NCBI GenBank assembly: GCA_964342475.1
Contig: CAYFGE010000015.1
Coordinates: 1,363 to 65,362, forward strand
Length of the DNA stretch: 64,000 nucleotides
Origin: an uncultured Planctomycetales bacterium
Lineage (GTDB): Bacteria; Planctomycetota; UBA1135
Direction of reading: 5' to 3'
The notes beneath the pieces are model-generated. The model saw only the letters and a list, made by a program, of their open reading frames with translations. It did no database searches and had not been told where the DNA came from. Below are positions 19,201 to 27,361 of this stretch, one piece after another (position 1 is the stretch's first letter; each line of letters begins with the position of its first letter). Made by a program: the position numbers and the translations under genes.

Positions 19201-19477
19201 CGGCGGCCTCGAGCACGCCGCGGTCGGCTACGACTCGGTGCGCGGGCGCATCGCCACCGCCTGGCGCATCGCCGACGGCGTCTTCCACCTCGAGGTGGAG
19301 ATCCCCGCCAACACCACCGCCGAGGTGCTGGTGCCGACGGCGGACCCGGCCAGCCTGCGCGAGTCCGGCCGCAGCCCCGAGCAGGCCGGCCTGCGCGTCC
19401 TCGAGCGCGGCGAGCGCGGCGTGCGCCTCGCCGTCCCCTCCGGCAGCTGGAGCTTCACCGCCGCGGCCCGCGGCTGA
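16226..19477 (+). CDS. alpha-L-rhamnosidase (GH78) lipoprotein
   Basis: 1083 aa with lipobox LLPLSAC. The N-terminal rhamnosidase pattern is PLLSWKL...QTAWQLVV...WSVRVWD. The catalytic-domain hallmark is VPTDCPQRDERLGWTGDAQ. Confidence 0.85.
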   Translation: MTPTPIRRLARLLAVLLPLSACAVAPDPDAGALEAHDLRCMALSEPLGVDVAQPLLSWKLRSEERAQRQTAWQLVVASTPEDAARGVGDLWDSGRVEGADSLGIAYAGRPLRSHERCSWSVRVWDAQGRASAWSEPASWTTGPLDGAFWENSQWIGWDALRDDRPDEVVLRAARWIGHAGDGHEGAPLDAPQGERLFAGSFELPAGAAVAAATLTVLADNSASCALNGELLFRDQPGWQEPRPRDVAALLRPGVNELRVQVRNDDPGPSGLIAQLEVELADGQRSVFGSSEAWRGGTARAGWEAGELPTDALVPVRVLGEHGMGPWGVARRAGLRLPPVPHLRRAFEVGAPVRRALLYGSALGLADFHLNGARVSEERFTSGWTDYHQRVPYRCWDVTGMVRPGANVLGAQLADGWYSGYVGWGRKRDHYGRQPRLRCVLRLEHTDGSVTEVASGAGWTARDGALREADFLMGERYDARAALDGWCAPGGDAGEGWQPVVTGAEMDPALVWHQGPPVVVVGEFTPVGRSEPDPGVHVFDLGRNFAGAVRLRVQAPRGTELKLRFAERLDEDGRLYVTNLRGARAEDTYVCSGEGVEVWEPRFTFHGFQYVELSGLPEAPADEAVTGIAFSSDTPLVGAFASSSPMLDQLASNVLWTQRANFIEVPTDCPQRDERLGWTGDAQAYVATATLWTDTQAFFRKWLQDLSDAQRADGQLPTVAPQIVSGDDGGPGWADAGTIVPWEVYQRYGDRALLRRQYPSMLRFVEFCRARSVDEVMPPDRFHCFGDWVAIDAPTPHEVIYVAYYARSVELTARAAEVLGEAADAARLWELHGRLRRAFQDAFVDAEGRVRGDTQCAYVLPLAYDLLDGEQVAQAAAHLVRRIEDRGWHLSTGFLGTKELMLVLSKIGREDVAWSLMMNDTFPSWGFSIRHGATSIWERWDGWTPEKGFQDPGMNSFAHYSFGAVYQWMVENIGGIRPLAPGYARIGIAPRPGGGLEHAAVGYDSVRGRIATAWRIADGVFHLEVEIPANTTAEVLVPTADPASLRESGRSPEQAGLRVLERGERGVRLAVPSGSWSFTAAARG

Positions 19478-19490
19478 GCCCCGAGAGACC

Positions 19491-21689
19491 ATGGTCCAGA
19501 CCTTCGCCCCCGACGAGCTCCGCCACGTCGACCACCTGTGGGACGACGCGGCCGCGGCCGGCCTCGACGAGGTCGGGCTGCTCGTGCTGCGCAGCAACCT
19601 GCTCGGCGCCGACCGGCGCATCACGAACACCGGCGGCGGCAACACCTCGGCGAAGGTGACCGCGACCGACCCGCTGACCGGCGCGCCGACCGAGGTGCTG
19701 TGGGTGAAGGGCAGCGGCGGCGACCTGCGCACCTCGACGCGGGCCAACTTCGCCTCGCTCCACCAGCCGAAGCTGCTCGAGCTGCGCGGCCTCTACGAGG
19801 GGATGCCCGGCCGCGGCCCGAAGACGCCGGCCGAGGACCGCATGGTCGAGCTGTACCCGCACTGCACCTTCGACTGCAACCCGCGCGCGCCCTCGATCGA
19901 CACCCCGCTGCACGCCTTCGTGCCGCTGGCCCACGTCGACCACGTGCACCCCGACGCGGTGATCGCGCTGGCCGCGTCCGCCGACGGCGAGCAGCTGACG
20001 CGCGAGGTCTACGGCGAGGAGGTGGCCTGGCTGCCGTGGCAGCGCCCGGGCTTCGAGCTCGCCCTGCGCCTGCAGGAGCTGTGGCGCGAGCGCCCCGGCC
20101 TGCGCGGCGTGGTGCTCGGCGGCCACGGCCTGATCTGCGGCGCCGACGACGCCAAGGAGTGCTACGAGCTCACGCTGTGCCTGATCGAGCGCGCGGCGCG
20201 CTTCCTGGCCGCGCGCTCCGCCGGACGCGAGGACTTCGGCGGAGTGGCCGTGCCCGCGCTCCCCCCCGAGCAGCGCCGCGCGCTGTGGGGCGAGCTGCTG
20301 CCGTGGCTGCGCGGCCGCGTCTCGGCCGGCGGCCAGCGCCAGATCGGCACCGTGCACGACGACGAGGCCCTGCTCGGCTTCGTCGGCTCGCGCGACGCGG
20401 CCCGCCTCAGCCGGCTCGGCACCTCCTGCCCGGACCACTTCCTGCGCACCAAGATCCAGCCGCTGTTCGTCGACTGGGAGCCGGCGGAGGGGCTCGAGCA
20501 GCTGAAGGAGCGGCTCGACGCGGGCATCGCGCGCTACGCCGAGGAGTACCGCGAGTACTACGAGGCCTGCCGCCGCGAGGACTCGCCGCCGATTCGCACC
20601 GTGTCGCCCTCGGTGGTGCTCGTGCCCGGCCTCGGCATGGTGGCCTGGGGCAAGAACAAGAGCGAGTCGCGCGTGACCGCCGAGTTCTTCGCCTGCGCCG
20701 TCGAGGTGATGCGCGGCGCCGAGGCGGTCTCGACCTACTGCGCGCTGCCGCGGCAGGAGGCCTTCGACATCGAGTACTGGCAGCTCGAGGAGGCCAAGCT
20801 GCGCCGGCAGCCGGCCGAGCGCGAGCTGGCCCGCCGCGTCGTGGTGGTGGTGGGGGCGGGGAACGGCATCGGCCGCGCCGCCGCGGCCCGGCTGGCGCGC
20901 GACGGCGCCGCGGTGGTCTGCGCTGACCTCGAGCTCGAGGCCGCGGAGCGCACGGTGGCGGAGCTGGTCGCCGAACACGGCGTCGGCGTCGGCGTGGCCG
21001 GGACCGGCGTGTCCTCCTGCGGGCCGGCCATCGCCGCCGCGGTGGACGTGCGCGACCGCGCCAGCGTCGAGGCGCTGGTCGCCCGCACCGTGGAGGCCTA
21101 CGGCGGGCTCGACCACGTGGTGGTCACCGCCGGCGTCTACCCCGCGCCCGACCTCGACGGCCGCAACAGCCTCGAGCAGTGGCGCCTGGCCTTCGACGTG
21201 AACGTGACCGGCGCGTGGCTGGTGGCCGACGCTGCGGCGCGCGTGTGGCGCGCGCAGGACCTGAGCGGCAGCCTGGTGCTGACCACCAGCGTCAACGCCG
21301 CGGTGGCCAAGCGCGGCAGCCTGGCCTACGACAGCTCGAAGGCGGCCGCCAACCACCTCGCGCGCGAGCTGGCGGTCGAGCTCGCCCCGCGCGTGCGCGT
21401 GAACGCGGTGGCGCCCGCCACCGTGGTCGCCGGATCGACCATGTTCGGCCGCGAGCGCGTGATCGCCTCGCTGGCCAAGTACGGTCTCCCCTTCGCCGAG
21501 GGCGACTCCGACGAGGCGCTGCGCGACCGGCTCGCCGAGTTCTACGCCCGGCGTACGCTGACCCGCGCGCCGGTGCGGCCGGAGGATCAGGCCGAGGCCA
21601 TCGCCTTTCTCGTCTCCGACCGCAGCTCGCGCACGACCGGGCAGGTGCTGAGCGTCGACGGCGGCCTCGCCGAGGCCTTCCTGCGGTGA
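19491..21689 (+). CDS. rhaEW: bifunctional rhamnulose-1-phosphate aldolase / short-chain dehydrogenase (lactaldehyde dehydrogenase type)
   Basis: 732 aa. The N-terminal class II aldolase/adducin-like half (NTGGGNTSAK, VDHVHPDAVIALA) is fused to a C-terminal SDR. The SDR shows Rossmann loop VVVVVGAGNGIGRAAA and YDSSKAAANHL (YxxxK). Confidence 0.85.
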   Translation: MVQTFAPDELRHVDHLWDDAAAAGLDEVGLLVLRSNLLGADRRITNTGGGNTSAKVTATDPLTGAPTEVLWVKGSGGDLRTSTRANFASLHQPKLLELRGLYEGMPGRGPKTPAEDRMVELYPHCTFDCNPRAPSIDTPLHAFVPLAHVDHVHPDAVIALAASADGEQLTREVYGEEVAWLPWQRPGFELALRLQELWRERPGLRGVVLGGHGLICGADDAKECYELTLCLIERAARFLAARSAGREDFGGVAVPALPPEQRRALWGELLPWLRGRVSAGGQRQIGTVHDDEALLGFVGSRDAARLSRLGTSCPDHFLRTKIQPLFVDWEPAEGLEQLKERLDAGIARYAEEYREYYEACRREDSPPIRTVSPSVVLVPGLGMVAWGKNKSESRVTAEFFACAVEVMRGAEAVSTYCALPRQEAFDIEYWQLEEAKLRRQPAERELARRVVVVVGAGNGIGRAAAARLARDGAAVVCADLELEAAERTVAELVAEHGVGVGVAGTGVSSCGPAIAAAVDVRDRASVEALVARTVEAYGGLDHVVVTAGVYPAPDLDGRNSLEQWRLAFDVNVTGAWLVADAAARVWRAQDLSGSLVLTTSVNAAVAKRGSLAYDSSKAAANHLARELAVELAPRVRVNAVAPATVVAGSTMFGRERVIASLAKYGLPFAEGDSDEALRDRLAEFYARRTLTRAPVRPEDQAEAIAFLVSDRSSRTTGQVLSVDGGLAEAFLR

Positions 21690-23143
21690 GCCGCGACGCC
21701 GTCCTGGCCCTCGACCTCGGCGCCGAGTCGGGGCGGGCGGTGCTGGTCGGCTTCGACGGCGCGGCGGACCCGCCGCTCGAGGCCCGCGAGGTGCACCGCT
21801 TCGCCAACGCCCCGCGCGCCACCGCGGCGGGACTGCGCTGGGACCTCGACGCGCTGTTCGACGAGGTGCTCGACGGCATCCGCCGGGGCGTGGCGGAAGC
21901 CGCCGCCGCCGGCTGGACCCTGCGCTCGGTCGGCGTCGACACCTGGGGCGTCGACTTCGGCCTCGTCGACGCGGCGGACCGCCTGCTCGCGCCGCCGCTC
22001 TGCTACCGCGACCCGCTGGCCCAGGAGGCCTTCGACGAGGTCGTGGCCGCGGTCGGCCGCGAGGCGCTCTACCGCCGCACCGGCACGCAGTTCCTCCCGT
22101 TCAACACGCTCTACCAGCTCGCCGGGATGCAGCGCCGCGAGCCCGGCCTGCTGCGCGCGGCGGACCGCCTGCTCTTCCTGCCCGACCTGCTGCACCTGCG
22201 GCTGACCGGGCGGCGCAGCACCGAGGCGACGATCGCCTCGACCGCGCAGCTCGCCGACCCGGCCACCGGCGGCTGGGCGCGCGGGCTGATCGGCGAGCTC
22301 GGCCTGCCCGCGCGCCTCTTCGGCCCGGTGTCGTCGCCCGGCACGTCGCTCGGCGAGCTGTTGCCCGCGGTGCGCGAGGCCACCGGCGCCGCGCCGGAGG
22401 TGCGCGTCGTGCTGCCGCCCGCGCACGACACGGCGAGCGCGGTGCTGGCGGTCCCTGCGGCGGGCGACCGCCCCTGGGCCTACCTGTCGAGCGGCACCTG
22501 GTCGCTGCTCGGCGTCGAGCGCAGCTCCCCGGTGCTGAGCGAGGCGGCCTGCGCCGCCTCCTTCACCAACGAGTGGGGGATGGCGGGCAGCTTCCGCTTC
22601 CTCAAGAACATCACCGGCCTGTGGCTGGTGCAGGAGTGCCGGCGTTCGCTGGCGGCCGCGGGGGACGAGCTCGACTACGCCGCGCTGATGCGCCTCGCGG
22701 CGGAAGCCGGACCGAGCCCGACGCGGCTCGACCTCGTCGCCGACCCGATGCTCGAGGCGGGCGACATGCCCGGGAAGATCCGCGCGCGCGCCCGCGCCAG
22801 CGGCCAGCCCGAACCGCGCACGCCGGGCGAGCTCGTGCGCTGCTGCCTCGACGGCCTCGCCGCCGCCTACGCCGCCACCCTCGACCGGCTCGAGGAGCTG
22901 ACCGGCGCGCGCTGCGAGCGCGTCCACCTGGTCGGCGGCGGCGCGCGCAACCGCCTGCTCGACCAACTCACCGCCGACGCGGTGGGGCGGCCCGTGCTGG
23001 CCGGCCCGGCCGAGGCCACCGCGCTCGGCAACGCGCTGGCGCAGCTGCTCGGCCTCGGCCGCCTCGGCTCGGTGGAGGAGGCCCGCGCGGCGGTGCGCGC
23101 CTCGGTCGAGGTGGAGGAATACACCCCGGTGGAGGAGGCATGA
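21686..23143 (+). CDS. rhaB: rhamnulokinase (FGGY family)
   Basis: GTG 21686 overlaps the rhaEW stop (GTGA). Motifs: LALDLGAESGRAVL, VGVDTWGVDFGLVD, FLPFNTLYQL, HLVGGGARNRLLDQLTADA. Confidence 0.85.
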   Translation: MSRDAVLALDLGAESGRAVLVGFDGAADPPLEAREVHRFANAPRATAAGLRWDLDALFDEVLDGIRRGVAEAAAAGWTLRSVGVDTWGVDFGLVDAADRLLAPPLCYRDPLAQEAFDEVVAAVGREALYRRTGTQFLPFNTLYQLAGMQRREPGLLRAADRLLFLPDLLHLRLTGRRSTEATIASTAQLADPATGGWARGLIGELGLPARLFGPVSSPGTSLGELLPAVREATGAAPEVRVVLPPAHDTASAVLAVPAAGDRPWAYLSSGTWSLLGVERSSPVLSEAACAASFTNEWGMAGSFRFLKNITGLWLVQECRRSLAAAGDELDYAALMRLAAEAGPSPTRLDLVADPMLEAGDMPGKIRARARASGQPEPRTPGELVRCCLDGLAAAYAATLDRLEELTGARCERVHLVGGGARNRLLDQLTADAVGRPVLAGPAEATALGNALAQLLGLGRLGSVEEARAAVRASVEVEEYTPVEEA

Positions 23144-23244
23144 GGTCGCGGCGCGCGGCGTCCTCCCGCGCCCCCCGGAGCGGCGGGCGCGCGCCTAGAA
23201 TCGCCCGCCGCGCCGGCGTCCCCGGCGCGCCCTCGAACAGCACC

Positions 23245-24096
23245 ATGGAGGAGCACCGCTTGGCCTTCCCCGCGATGCGGACGGACTTCGGCTTCGTCCT
23301 GCGCGGGCCGGACCCCGGCCGCCTCGAGGCCGCGGCCGAGGAGGCGCGTGCCGAGGTGCTCGCCACCGAGCGCGAGCTGTCGGCCTTCTCGCTCGGCAGC
23401 CTGCTGAACAAGCTGAACCGCGAGGCGGGAGCCGGGCCGGTGCGGCTGCCCGCGCGGCTGCTCGAGCTGCTCGCCCTGTGCCAGCGCGTCCACCGCGAGA
23501 GCGGCGGAGCCTTCGACCCGAGCGTGGCGCCTTGGATGGAGGCCTGGGGCTTCCGCGGCGGCGCGGACGCCGCGGACGGGGCCGAGGCCCGCGCCGCCGC
23601 CGCGCGCGCTGCGGTCGGCCTGGACGGCCTGCGCCTCGACGCGGCGGCCGGCACGGCGCGCTTCCTGCGCCCGGGCATGCAGCTCGACCTGGGCGGCGTG
23701 GCCAAGGGCGTCGCGCTCGACCGCGCCGCGGAGGTCCTGGCCGACGCCGGCACGGAGCACTACCTGCTCCACGGCGGTGGCAGCACCTTCCTCGCCTCCG
23801 GCGCGCCGTCCGGCCAGTCCGGCTGGCGCGTCGGCGTGCGCGATCCGCGCGACCCGGACCGGCTGCTCGCCGGGGTCGAGCTGCGCGACCGCGCCCTCTC
23901 CGTCTCCGGCCAGCACGGCCGCACCGTCCAGGCCGACGGCGCGCGCCGCGGCCACGTCCTCGACCCCGCCCGCGGCGCCCCCGCCACGGGGGAACTCGCG
24001 GTGGCGACCGCCCCGTCGGCCGCCGCCGCCGACGCCTGGTCCACCGCGCTGCTCGCCGGCGCGGCGGGCGCCGTCAGCTGGAGGGCCTGCGCCTGA
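23245..24096 (+). CDS. apbE: FAD:protein FMN transferase (ApbE family), apparently without export signal
   Basis: Start at ATG 23245 (MEEHRLAFPAMRTDFGF; canonical AMGT appears here as AMRT). Motifs: LDLGGVAKGVALDRAAEVL, LSVSGQHGRT...GHVLDPARGAP, AADAWSTALL. In-frame upstream codons are Arg-rich, not hydrophobic. Confidence 0.75.
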   Translation: MEEHRLAFPAMRTDFGFVLRGPDPGRLEAAAEEARAEVLATERELSAFSLGSLLNKLNREAGAGPVRLPARLLELLALCQRVHRESGGAFDPSVAPWMEAWGFRGGADAADGAEARAAAARAAVGLDGLRLDAAAGTARFLRPGMQLDLGGVAKGVALDRAAEVLADAGTEHYLLHGGGSTFLASGAPSGQSGWRVGVRDPRDPDRLLAGVELRDRALSVSGQHGRTVQADGARRGHVLDPARGAPATGELAVATAPSAAAADAWSTALLAGAAGAVSWRACA

Positions 24097-24112
24097 CGCG
24101 GGCCGCAAGAAC

Positions 24113-25357
24113 ATGAACGACCTCGACCGCAGGGACTTCCTCCGCGGCGCCGCCGGCGGCCTCGCCGGCATCGCGCTGGTTCCGGAACTCGACCGCCTCT
24201 TCCCCAAGCTGCCGCCGGGGGCCGAGCTGCGCCTCGGCGTCGTCGGCACCGGGGTGCGGGGCAAGGAGATCCTCGACGAGCTGGCCAAGATCGACGGCGT
24301 CATCGTCCAGGCGATCTGCGACCGCGACTCGGGCAAGCTGCGCAGCGGCGGCCGCCGCGCCAAGGAGGCGGCCAAGTACGACTACGTCGAGGAGATGCTG
24401 GCCGGCGAGGCCGAGCTGCAGGCCGTGCTCGTCGCCACTTCGACGGACCAGCACCGCGCCGTGGCCGAGGCCGCCCTGGCCGCCGGCAAGCACGTCTGGT
24501 GCGAGGCGCCGCTGGCCCACACCGTCGAGGACGCGCGCGCGCTGGCCGCGGCCGGCACCGCCGCCGGCACCGTCTTCGCCGTCGGCTCCGAGGCGCGCTC
24601 GAACCCGACCTACCAGCGGGCCCGCGCCATCTTCAAGGCGGGCGGCATCCGCGACCTCGTCGCGGTCAACGGCGGCTGGCACCAGAAGGCGACCTGGCGC
24701 GCGGTGGCCCCGACCCCCGAGCGCGAGGCCCTGCTCAACTGGCGCCTCGATCCCGCGCGCTGCGCCGGGCTGGCCGGCGAGACCGCCACCCACGCCTTCG
24801 ACGCGCTGCTGTGGTTCGGCGGCGGCGCGCCTTCCGCCCTGCGCGGCAGCGGCGCGCAGCTGCTGCACCGCGACGGCCGCCCCGGCCACGACACGGTCGC
24901 GGTCGACGCCGTCCTGCCGGGCGGCCAGCCCCTCCGCTTCGACGCCTCGCTGGCCAACTCCTTCGAGGGCGAGCAGCTCGTCCTGCGCGGCACGCACGGC
25001 TCGGTGCGCCTGGCCTCGACCCACGCCTGGCTGTTCAAGGAGGCCGACGCCGTCACGCAGGGCTGGGAGGTCTACGCCCACCGCCAGCAGTTCCACAAGG
25101 ACGAGGGCATCACCCTGGTGGCCAACGCCACGCAGCTCGCCGACCAGGGCAAGCTCGAGGCCGGCATGGGCCTGCCGAACCCGCCCGTCCACTACACCCT
25201 GGTCGACTTCGTCAGCGCCGTCCTCGAGGGCGGCGAGCCGGCCTGCAGCGGCGCCGAGGCCCTGGCGCCGACCGTGCTCGGTATCCTCGCCGGCCGCGCC
25301 ACCCGCGCGGACGGCCCGGTCGAAGTCGACCCCGCCCTGCTCACCCTCGACAGCTGA
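24113..25357 (+). CDS. Gfo/Idh/MocA family oxidoreductase with twin-arginine export signal
   Basis: Tat motif LDRRDFLRGAAGGLAGIALV followed by Rossmann loop LRLGVVGTGVRGKE. Confidence 0.8.
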   Translation: MNDLDRRDFLRGAAGGLAGIALVPELDRLFPKLPPGAELRLGVVGTGVRGKEILDELAKIDGVIVQAICDRDSGKLRSGGRRAKEAAKYDYVEEMLAGEAELQAVLVATSTDQHRAVAEAALAAGKHVWCEAPLAHTVEDARALAAAGTAAGTVFAVGSEARSNPTYQRARAIFKAGGIRDLVAVNGGWHQKATWRAVAPTPEREALLNWRLDPARCAGLAGETATHAFDALLWFGGGAPSALRGSGAQLLHRDGRPGHDTVAVDAVLPGGQPLRFDASLANSFEGEQLVLRGTHGSVRLASTHAWLFKEADAVTQGWEVYAHRQQFHKDEGITLVANATQLADQGKLEAGMGLPNPPVHYTLVDFVSAVLEGGEPACSGAEALAPTVLGILAGRATRADGPVEVDPALLTLDS

Positions 25358-26142
25358 TGTTGCCCATGCGCCCGCTCGCCCTGCTCGGTCTGCTCCTCCT
25401 CCCGGCCTGCGCCGCCGAGATCGAACCCGGACCCGCCGCCGAGGAGGCCGCCGCTCCCGCGCGGCTCTTCGTCCACGTGGTCTCGGCCGGCTTCGAGCAC
25501 GGCGTGGCCAAGCTCGGCGAGGACGGCGCGCCCTCGCTGGTCGAGGCGCAGTGGGCGGCGTGGGACGCCGCCGACGAGCGCTTCGAGGTGGTCGTCAGCC
25601 GCGAGGCCCCCGACTCGCTGGCCGGCTTCGACGGCGTCTTCTTCTACACCACCGGCGAGCTGCCGTGGAGCCCGGAGCAGCGCGCCATGCTGCTCGAATT
25701 CGTCCGCGGCGGCGGCGCCCTGGTCGGTTCGCACTGCGCCACCGACACCTGGTACGAGTGGCCCGAGTACGGCGCCATGATCGGCGGCTACTTCGCTGGC
25801 CACCCGTGGAACGAGGACGTCGGCGTGGTGGTCGAGGTCACCGACCACCCGGCCACCGCGCACCTCGGCGAGCGCTTCCGCATCGCCGACGAGATCTACC
25901 AGCACAAGGAGCCCTGGGACCGCGCCCGCATGACCGTGCTCATGAGCCTCGACACCGAGGCCACCGACATGGACAAGCAGGGCATCCTGCGCGAGGACCG
26001 CGACATCGCGATGTCGTGGACCCGCCAGGAGGGCGAGGGCCGCGTCTTCTACACCGGCCTCGGCCACCGGCCGGAGGTGTGGAAGGACGAGCGCTTCCGC
26101 CGCCACCTGGTCGAGGGCGCGCTGTGGGCGATGGGCCGCTGA
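25357..26142 (+). CDS. ThuA-domain lipoprotein
   Basis: The ATG overlaps the upstream TGA (TGATG). Lipobox LLLLPACAAE. The ThuA-like core is FDGVFFYTTGELPWS...FVRGGGALVGSHCATDT...GGYFAGHPW...VFYTGLGH. Confidence 0.8.
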   Translation: MLPMRPLALLGLLLLPACAAEIEPGPAAEEAAAPARLFVHVVSAGFEHGVAKLGEDGAPSLVEAQWAAWDAADERFEVVVSREAPDSLAGFDGVFFYTTGELPWSPEQRAMLLEFVRGGGALVGSHCATDTWYEWPEYGAMIGGYFAGHPWNEDVGVVVEVTDHPATAHLGERFRIADEIYQHKEPWDRARMTVLMSLDTEATDMDKQGILREDRDIAMSWTRQEGEGRVFYTGLGHRPEVWKDERFRRHLVEGALWAMGR

Positions 26143-26154
26143 GCGGCCCCCGCC

Positions 26155-27264
26155 TCACCAGCGCACCAGCGCCGCGCCCCAGGTGAGGCCGGCGCCGAAG
26201 GCCGTCAGCAGCACGTAGTCGCCCGGCTCCACGCGGCCCTCCTCGACGCACTCGGCGAGGGCCAGCGGGATCGACGCCGAGGCCGTGTTGCCGACGCGCG
26301 TGATGTTGACGTGGATGCGGTCCGCCACGCCGAGGTGGCGGCCGACCGCGTCGAGGATGCGCGTGTTCGCCTGGTGGGGGATGATGCGGGCGACGTCCTC
26401 GGGCCGCAGCCCGACCCGGTCGAGCAGCGCCTCGCACTCGGCGATCATCTCGCTGACCGCCAGCTTGAAGACCTCGCGGCCCTTCATGTGGATGAAGTGG
26501 TCGTGGTGGTCGACGGTCTCGTGGCTGGCCGGGTGCACCGCGCCGCCGGCGGGGATCTCGATCAGGCGGCCGCGCGCGCCGTCGGCGCCGAGGGTGCAGC
26601 CGAGCAGGCCGGTGTCAGGAGTCGACCGGCCGAGGACCACCGCCGCCGCGCCGTCGCCGAAGATCGCGCAGGTCTGCGGGTCCTCCGGGTCGACCACCGT
26701 CGACATGATCTCGGTGGTGACGAGCAGGACCGGCCCCATGGTGGCGTCCGCCCGCATCAGGCTGTCGGCCACCTTCCAGCCGTAGAGGAAGCCGCTGCAG
26801 GCGGCGTTGAGCTCGAGCGCCGGGACGCGCGCGGCTCCGAGCTCGGCCTGCAGCAGGCAGGCGGTGGACGGCATCGGGCTGTCCGGGGTGACCGTCGCGC
26901 ACAGGATGAAGCCGAGCTCCTCGGGGGCGACCCCGGCCTCCGCCATCGCGCGCCGGGCCGCCTCGGCGCCGAGGGCGCTCGGGCTGGTGCCGGGCGCGGC
27001 GCGGCGGCGTTCGCGCACCCCGGTGCGCTGAACGATCCACTCCTCGGTGAGGCCGGCGGGCGCGGCGACCTCCAGGTTGCCGACCACGGTCGGCGGCAGG
27101 GCGCGGGCGATCGCCAGCACCCGGGTGCCCGCGCGGCGGTCGCGCGAGGTGCCGGGAAGGGGATGAGGCAGGGGGGAGCCGTGGGCGTCCCTCAGCCGGG
27201 TTTCGGTGAGGGGGCCCAGGACCGTCGGAGCCTCGACCGGGGATCGAGTCCTGAGGTCCGACAT
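26155..27264 (-). CDS. FabH-like beta-ketoacyl-ACP synthase III, paralog 1, with ~45-aa N-terminal extension
   Basis: Cys-His-Asn triad contexts are LNAACSGFLY, IPHQANTRI and VGNTASASIPLAL. The C-terminus is LLTAFGAGLTWGAALVRW. The N-terminal extension is conserved with paralog 2. Confidence 0.8.
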   Translation of the reverse strand: MSDLRTRSPVEAPTVLGPLTETRLRDAHGSPLPHPLPGTSRDRRAGTRVLAIARALPPTVVGNLEVAAPAGLTEEWIVQRTGVRERRRAAPGTSPSALGAEAARRAMAEAGVAPEELGFILCATVTPDSPMPSTACLLQAELGAARVPALELNAACSGFLYGWKVADSLMRADATMGPVLLVTTEIMSTVVDPEDPQTCAIFGDGAAAVVLGRSTPDTGLLGCTLGADGARGRLIEIPAGGAVHPASHETVDHHDHFIHMKGREVFKLAVSEMIAECEALLDRVGLRPEDVARIIPHQANTRILDAVGRHLGVADRIHVNITRVGNTASASIPLALAECVEEGRVEPGDYVLLTAFGAGLTWGAALVRW

Positions 27265-27361
27265 GGCCGGACCCTCATCTAAACCACGAGAGCCTACGGG
27301 TTTCCTTTCTCTGCCCGATTCAGCGAACGGGTCGGCACCTGGACGGAACCGGGCGGCCGGC

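Noticed and set aside
15695-19747. 1350-codon minus-strand ORF opposite the permease/GH78 region. Similar long ORFs occur at 402-3353(-), 1025-3409(+), 10676-13381(-), 36551-39544(-), 41699-45385(-), 61019-63628(-) and 47090-50485(+).
   Set aside because: These are the same shadow-ORF artefact. All are Arg/Gly/Pro/Ala-rich, overlap genes with clear family signatures in another frame or strand, and carry no motifs of their own.
26133-26149. GGGCCGC-TGA-GCGGCCC hairpin at the ThuA stop as a bidirectional terminator
   Set aside because: It has a 7-bp stem but only a 3-nt loop, and no U-tract on either strand. It is plausible but too weak to call as a feature. Similar short GC palindromes are frequent in this composition.
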